Assembly: GCA_964016885.1 (NCBI GenBank) | Contig: OZ024741.1 | Location: forward strand, 335,048,001 to 335,112,000 | From: Eledone cirrhosa | Lineage: Eukaryota | DNA: 64,000 nt | Reading direction: 5' to 3' | Shown here: one piece after another, positions 56,101-64,000 of the stretch | Layout of the letters: each line of letters starts with the position of its first letter | Numbering within the stretch: the stretch's first letter is position 1 | Program-made: the position numbers and the translations under genes | Notes under the pieces: model-generated | What the model was told of the DNA's origin: nothing | What the model saw: the letters and a program-made list of their open reading frames with translations, nothing else | The model's database searches: none

Positions 56101-59100
56101 ACACACATACATGTTCACATCTTACAACCAGACACACACATACATGTTCACATCATACACACACACAAATACATGTTCACATCATACACACACATACATA
56201 CATGTTCACGTCATACACACACACACATACATTTTCACATCATACACACACACATACATGTTTACATCATACCCACACACACATACATGTTCACATCATA
56301 CACACACACACACATCCATGTTCACATTATACACACACACGTACATGTTCACATCATACACACACACATACATGTTCACATCATACACACACACACATGT
56401 TCACATCATACTCACACACACATACATGTTCACATCATACACACACATACATACATGTTCACATGATACACACATACATGTTAACATCATACACACACAC
56501 ACACATACATATTAACATCATACACACACACACACATACATGTTCACATCATACACACACGCACATACATACATGTTCATATCATACACACACGCACACA
56601 TACATGTTCACATGATACACACTCACACACATACATGTTCACATGATACACACACACATACATGTTTACATCATACACACACACACATACATGTTCACAT
56701 TATACACACACATACATGTTCACATCATACACACACATACATAAATGTTCACATCATACACACATACATGTTCACATCATACACACACACACACATACAT
56801 GTTCACATCATACACACACATACATACATGTTCACATCACACACACATACATGTTCACATCATACACACACATACATGTTCACATAATGCACACACACAT
56901 ACATGTTCATATCATACACACACACACATACATGTTCACATCATACAACCAGACACACACACACATACATGTTCACATCATACACACACACACATACATG
57001 TTCACATCATACACACACACACACATACATACATGTTCACGTCATACACACATACACATACATGTTCACATCATACACACACACATACATGTTTACGTCA
57101 TACCCACACACACATACATGTTCACATCATACACACACACACACATACATGTTCACATCATACACACACACATACATGTTCACATCATACACACACATAC
57201 ATGTTCACATCATACACACACACACACACACACACACACATGTTCACATCATACTCACACACACATACATGTTCACATCATACACACACATACATACATG
57301 TTCACATCATACACACATACATGTGAACATCATACACACACACATACATGTTAACATCATACACACACATACATGTTCAGATCATACACACACACACACA
57401 TACATGTTCACATCATACACACACACATACATGTTCAGATCATACACACACACGCACACATACATGTTCACATCATACACACACACATACATGTTCACAT
57501 CATACACACACATACATACATGTTCACATCACACACACATACATGTTCACATCATACACACACATACATGCATGTTCACATAATGCACACACACATACAT
57601 GTTCATATCATACACACACACATACATGTTCACATCATACAACCAGACACACATACACATACCTGTTCACATCATACACACACACACATAGATGTTCACA
57701 TCATACACACACACACATATACAAGTTCACATCATACACACACACACATACATGTTCACATCATACAAACACACACACACATACATGTTCACATCATACA
57801 CACACACACATACATGTTCACATCACACACACACATACATGTTTACATCACACACACACACACATACATGTTCACATCATACACACACACACATACATGT
57901 TCACATCATACACACACACACATACATGTTCACATCATACGCACATACATGTTCACATCATACACACACACACATACATGTTCACATCATACGCACATAC
58001 ATGTTCACATCATACACACACACATATATACACGTTCACATCATACACATACACACACACACATACATGTTCACATCATACACATACACACACATACATG
58101 TTCACATCATACACACAAACACATACATGTTCACATCATACACACACACATACATGTTCACATCATACACACATACATGTTCACATCATACACACACACA
58201 CATACATGTTCACATCATACACACACATACACATACACATACATGTTCACATCATACACACACACACACATACATGTTCACATCATGCACACACATACAT
58301 GTTCACATCATACACACATGCATGTTCACATCATACACACACACATACATGTTCACATCATAAACACACACACACACATACATGTTCACATCATACACAC
58401 ACACACATACATGTTCAAATCATATACACACACATACATGTTCACATCATACACACACACACATACATGTTCACATCATACACACACACACACACACATA
58501 CATATTCACATCACACACACATACATGTTCACATCATACACACCCATACATACATGTTAACGTCATACACACACACACATGTTCACATCATACACACACA
58601 CACAAATACATGTTCACATCATACACACACACATACAAGTTCACATAATACACGTTCACATCATACACACACACACACATACACGTTCACATCATACACA
58701 CACACACACATACATGTTCACATCATACACACACATTCATGTTCACATCATACACACACACATACATGTTCACATCATACACACATACATGTTCACATCA
58801 TACACACACACACACATACATGTTCACATCATACACACACCCATACATGTTCACATCATACACACACATACATGTTCACATCATACACACACACACATAC
58901 ATGTTCATATCATACACACACACATACATGTTCACATCATACACACTAACACATACATGTTCACAGCATACACACACATACATACATCTTCATATCATAT
59001 ACCCACACATTTATGTTCACATCACACACACATACATGTTCACAGCATACACACACATACATACATGTTCACATCATACACACACATACATGTTCACATC

Positions 59101-60435
59101 ATACACACACAAATACATGTTCACATCATGCACACACATACATGTTCACATCATACACACACACACATACATGTTCACAACATACACACACACACACATG
59201 TTCATATCATACACACACACACACATACATGCTCACATCATACACACACATACATGTTCACATCATACACACACATACATACATGTTCACATCATACACA
59301 CACACATATACAGGTTCACATCATAAACACACACACACACATACATGTTCACATCATACACACACACACACACATACATGTTCACATCATATACACACAC
59401 ACACATACATGTTCACATCATACACACACACATACATGTTCACATCATACACATACATACACACATACATACATGTTCACATCATACACACACACACATA
59501 CATGTTCACATCATACAAACGCACACACACATACATGTTCACATCATACACACACACATACATATTCACATAATGCACACACCCATACATGTTCATATCA
59601 TACACACACACACATACATGTTCACATCATACAACCAGACACACACACATACATACATGTTCACATCATACACACACACACATACATGTTCACATCATAC
59701 ACACACACACATACATACATGTTCACATCATACACACATACATGTTCACATCATACACACAAAAACACACATACATGTTCACATCATACACACACACATA
59801 CATGTTCACATCCTACACACACGCACATACATGTTCACATCATACACACACATACATACATGTTCACATCATACACACACGCACATACATACATGTTCAT
59901 ATCATATACACACGCACACATACATTTTCACATGATACACACTCACACACATGTTCACATGATACACACACACATACATGTTTACATCATACACACACAC
60001 ACAGACATGTTCACATCATACACACACACACATACATGTTCACATCATACACACACACATGTTCACATCATACACACATACATGTTCACATCATACACAC
60101 ACACACATACATGTTCACATCATACACACACATACATACATGTTCACATCATACACACATACATGTTCACATCATACACACACATACATGTTCACATCAT
60201 ACACACACACACATACATGTTCACATCATACACACACACACACATACATGTTCACATCATACACACACATACATACATGTTCACATCATACACACACACA
60301 CACATACATGTTCACATCATACACACACATACATACATGTTCACATCATACACACATACATGTTCACATCATACACACACATACATGTTCACATCATACA
60401 CACACACACATACATGTTCACATCATACACACTCA
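53180..60435. repeat. 7.2-kb satellite: constant core CATACATGTTCACATCATA plus a variable-length (CA)n spacer
   Basis: Direct reading; source of all His/Thr-rich ORFs (MFTSYTHT...). Confidence 0.97.
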
Positions 60436-60611
60436 CACAAGTCACATTTCTATATACTTCTCAACAATTTACTTTCCTCCCGCCCTCTCTTCTTTCTTTA
60501 CAATATCATTAAATCTCCTAAGCTCTAATTTTTTTCCATTTTCTCGTTTTTTCCTCTATTATTATTAAGGGCTACTTTGTGTAAACCCTTGTGGTTAATA
60601 AAGAAAGCATT

Positions 60612-60800
60612 TGGACTGGCAGTATCGATAGAGGGTCGGACGCCATGCTTTGACGCATAGAGTTATGGCCTTTTCTATTCTGTGTTCAAATCCCGCCGAG
60701 GTCAACTTTGCCTTTCATCCTTACGGGGTCGATAAAATAAAGTACCAGTAATACACTGAGATAATTGCTGGCCTTGTGCCAAAAAGTAGAAACAATTATT
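60612..60800 (+). mobile_element. SINE family A copy
   Basis: Full set of conserved blocks. Confidence 0.85.
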
Positions 60801-61084
60801 ATTAGGGGAATTTATTTTGTTATAATTATGCATAGTTTATTTTATATTTTTTATATCTTCATTGTTAAATTAGTCTTGCCTTAGTGCACTTTTACTCGAG
60901 CTTATTGTAAACCCCCACTGTCCCTGTCTTTATATTGTCCCCTAGATGCTGGCCCTTGTGGCCAATAAATGAAATCACTATTATTACTATTATTATTAGT
61001 AGTAGCAGTATTAGTAGTAATGCACTGTGTAATTGCTGGCCTTGTGCCAAAAGTAGAAACAATTATTATTATTTTTACCCAGCA

Positions 61085-61415
61085 TTTTGTTGAAAGAGGG
61101 TGAGAGAGGCAAGAATGACCCGAGTGAATACTCTGAATATGTGCCTGTAAATTGAAGGTGGAAAACTGGGGGAGGGCACTTGCCCTGGTGGTCAGGGTCA
61201 CCGTGGCTTTTTTTAATGGGCTTTCTCCACGATGGCCCTCGGAAGTCTCCCCCACCCCTATTGGGGAATTTTTCATTGTTCTTTTTTTGTTCCATCCTCT
61301 GTTTTTGTTTTTTTACACTCAGAAATGCCCATTTGTACCGTCCTGTATTGTCCTGTACTGTCCTTAATGTCTCACTTTGTGTAAACCCTTGTGGTTAATA
61401 AAGAAAGCATTATTT
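61085..61415 (+). mobile_element. 3' end of an L1/Tx1-like LINE (same family as 1-292)
   Basis: Frameshifted FVER.VR.ARMTRVN ORF end, then AATAAAGAAAGC(ATT). Confidence 0.6.
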
Positions 61416-61454
61416 TTAGTGTTGTTGTTGTTATTGTTATTATTATCATTAGTA

Positions 61455-61635
61455 GGGCGGTGGATTGGCAGTATCGGTAGAGGGTCGAACGCCATGTTTT
61501 GACGCATAGAGTTACGGCCCTTGCCATTCTGAGTTCAAATCCTGCCGAGGTTAACTTTGCCTTTCATCCTTACGGGGTCGATAAAATAATTCACTGGGTA
61601 ATTGCTGGCCTTGTGCCAAAAGTAGAAACAATTAT
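61455..61635 (+). mobile_element. SINE family A copy
   Basis: Full set of conserved blocks. Confidence 0.85.
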
Positions 61636-61691
61636 TATTATCAGTAGTAGTAGTAGTTGTAGCAGTAGCAGTGGTGGTGGTGGTGGTGGTG

Positions 61692-61750
<59 letters not shown>

Positions 61751-62039
61751 GGTATAAGCTATTAAACCATTACTCCACCAATTGTCTTTTCGATTTGCCA
61801 ATATTGATTGTGCCATTAGAGAAGCACCAGATTTTAATGTCTTAACTATTTACCTGACTCATTCCCCCCTTTTTTTCGATGGTCTTAGTTAAAACAATAT
61901 ATCACTGAAATGGAATTTGGGAGATAGAAACTGCAGAAGCTAGGCATATTTCCAAGAGATGGTGACCTGAACAGGTCTACTTTTTCTCAAAGAAATTCTT
62001 TGGGTTTCTGTAACTGCTCACTTTTCACAATCTTTCTAT

Positions 62040-62180
62040 TTCTTCTTTTATTCCGCATTCCATTTTTTTTATGAAAGACTAGTGTTCGAAACGTTAAACC
62101 TTTTCCTACTCTAATAAGCATGAAACTAATATTTTCATTGTATTTTGTCTGTTGTGTTTTTTCCATTTACTTTTCACTGA
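62040..62180 (+). mobile_element. Hammerhead-like element family 2 (degenerate core)
   Basis: TTTATGAAAGACTAGTGTTCGAAACGTTAAACCTTTTCCTAC plus the shared tail. Confidence 0.55.
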
Positions 62181-62246
62181 GAGAGAGAGAGAGAGAGAGA
62201 GAGAGTCCCGGTACTGACACCACTTGGTGTCGCAGTTGTCATTTTA

Positions 62247-62303
<57 letters not shown>

Positions 62304-62459
62304 CTCATCTTTTTCTATTTCTTAGAAGGGTCTAAAGCCACTATCAGGCTAAAATTTCTTTAGTCAAAAATACGGCAAAAGCGTCTATTTCTAATTTACA
62401 TATATACACAGACATATATATATACTGTATATACATGTGTATATATATATATATATATG

Positions 62460-62889
62460 TAAAAGTTCTATTTAAATTGTTGGGATACAACAAGCAAATA
62501 TTTTTATAACTGATATAAAGCACTCAACAAAGAATTGGAGTAAAAATACGATTAACAAATGGAAACTATATTTATAAAACCATATTTATTTCATTATACA
62601 TATTTCAAGGACACCAAGTTAAATTATGGTGTGCTTTCATCAGATAAAATATAATATAGAGCAGTTTTATAAATAAATATTGACATACCCTTAAAGAATG
62701 CGACCATTACTATCCGGGAGCTTCCAACAGTAATGGTCGCATTCTTTAAGGGTATGTCAATATTTATTTATAAAACTGCTCTATATCATATTTTATCTGA
62801 TGAAAGCACACCATAATTTAACTTGGTGTCCTTGAAATATGTATAATGAAATAAATATGGTTTTATAAATATAGTTTCCATTTGTTAAT
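62460..62889. mobile_element. Hairpin element 3: 161-bp inverted repeat (62551-62711 / 62729-62889) with a hammerhead in each arm and a one-sided tail
   Basis: Arms differ at 1 position. Tail 62460-62550 on the minus strand reads TACTCCAATTCTTTGTTGAGTGC. (TA)n on both sides. Confidence 0.9.
62789..62853 (+). ncRNA. Type I hammerhead ribozyme (predicted); mirror copy at 62587-62651 on the minus strand
   Basis: TATTTTAT-CTGATGA-AAG-C-ACACCA(loop)TGGTGT-C-CTT-GAAA-TATGTA-TA^ATGAAATA: 8-bp stem I, 9-bp stem II and self-complementary stem III. Confidence 0.8.
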
Positions 62890-63428
62890 ATCGTATATAT
62901 ATATATATATATAAAGAAAAAGGGAGAGAGATGGTATCACATATTCAACATCAGTATATTTCATTACATCATTCATTATATATTCATATGCATATATGTC
63001 ACATAGAAACTGTCAGTAATATAACAATTACCTAATCATATCATTGAAATGTAAAATATGCAATAAATCAATTATGTAAAATTAACTGTGTCTTAACAAT
63101 ATTTCATAAAATGGAAACTTTGTAACATTTAATCACCACCATTTCACTGGGGATACACTACTTATGTGGAGGGCTTTAGGACAGCTTAAACCAGTTTATC
63201 CTAGCTGTGTTACAATGTAACCTCCACGGATAATTATCTACATATATATATATGTATGTATGTATGAGTGTTCCAACCTGCATACTGAGGTGTTGGTAAA
63301 CAGCCAACACATACTCAAAATATGTGTGTGTGTTGGAGCACTCATACATCTAACAATTGAACTCACAACCTTTCGATTGCAAGGCCAATGCTCTAACCAC
63401 TAAGCCATGTGCCTCCATGTATGTGTGG

Positions 63429-63529
<101 letters not shown>

Positions 63530-63533
63530 TATA

Positions 63534-63604
<71 letters not shown>

Positions 63605-63605
63605 G

Positions 63606-63634
<29 letters not shown>

Positions 63635-63636
<2 letters not shown>

Positions 63637-63975
63637 ATTGTTATACTTGGGGAGGGTCATATTTGTATAATATTGCCAGAATTAATAACAGAACACACTC
63701 ACTGTTTGGTTGGTTTTCGCTTTACGCTTCTGTGTCTTTTATATCGGTAATCTAATTTATTCGGTCCTCAATGTTGCCATTGACTGACCAATGGTCAAAA
63801 ATAATACCGATATAAAATACACAGAAGCGAAAAGTGAAAACCAACCAAACAGTGAGTGTGTTCTGTTATTAATTCTGGCAATATTACACAAATATGACCC
63901 TCCCCAAGTATAACAATATTTGTTTTGGCACACAATTTCATATAAGAAACCTCCCAAAACTAATTCATCGCCGTT
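63635..63975. mobile_element. Hairpin element 4: 115-bp inverted repeat (63635-63749 / 63805-63919) with a one-sided tail, in (TA)n
   Basis: About 4 mismatches between arms; no intact hammerhead core found; related fragment at 16295-16365. Confidence 0.75.
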
Positions 63976-64000
63976 ATATATATATATATTCAATTCTTAG

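Noticed and set aside
53054-60568. Long His/Thr-rich ORFs (up to 899 aa)
   Set aside because: Open in all three + frames because the satellite lacks stop codons; not evidence of a protein.
61455-61550. tRNA gene-like A/B boxes
   Set aside because: SINE heads without a cloverleaf; no bona fide tRNA or rRNA gene was seen in the window.

Overview
AT-rich, microsatellite-dense animal DNA, most likely a coleoid cephalopod such as Octopus (inferred from the protocadherin type and the repeat landscape). The only confident host gene is a protocadherin: one large exon (ATG at 752, splice donor after 3157) encodes the signal peptide, six cadherin repeats, the TM helix and the start of the cytoplasmic tail. 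The remaining ~60 kb is intronic or intergenic. It contains SINEs, LINE fragments (RTE, CR1, Dong/R4-like, L1/Tx1-like), MITEs, several minisatellites and a 7.2 kb satellite. Almost all other ORFs in the supplied track are translations of simple repeats. The most interesting signal is a set of short non-coding elements inserted in (TA)n tracts whose bodies are unrelated in sequence but share one architecture: a type I hammerhead ribozyme (CUGANGA...GAAA...UA), often present twice as a near-perfect head-to-head inverted repeat (4514-4641, 10698-11020, 62551-62889), with only one arm extended by a tail carrying a conserved TACTC...TTGAGTRC stem-loop. These look like non-autonomous Penelope-like or retrozyme-like elements. 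All folds and alignments were done by eye, and repeat boundaries are approximate.
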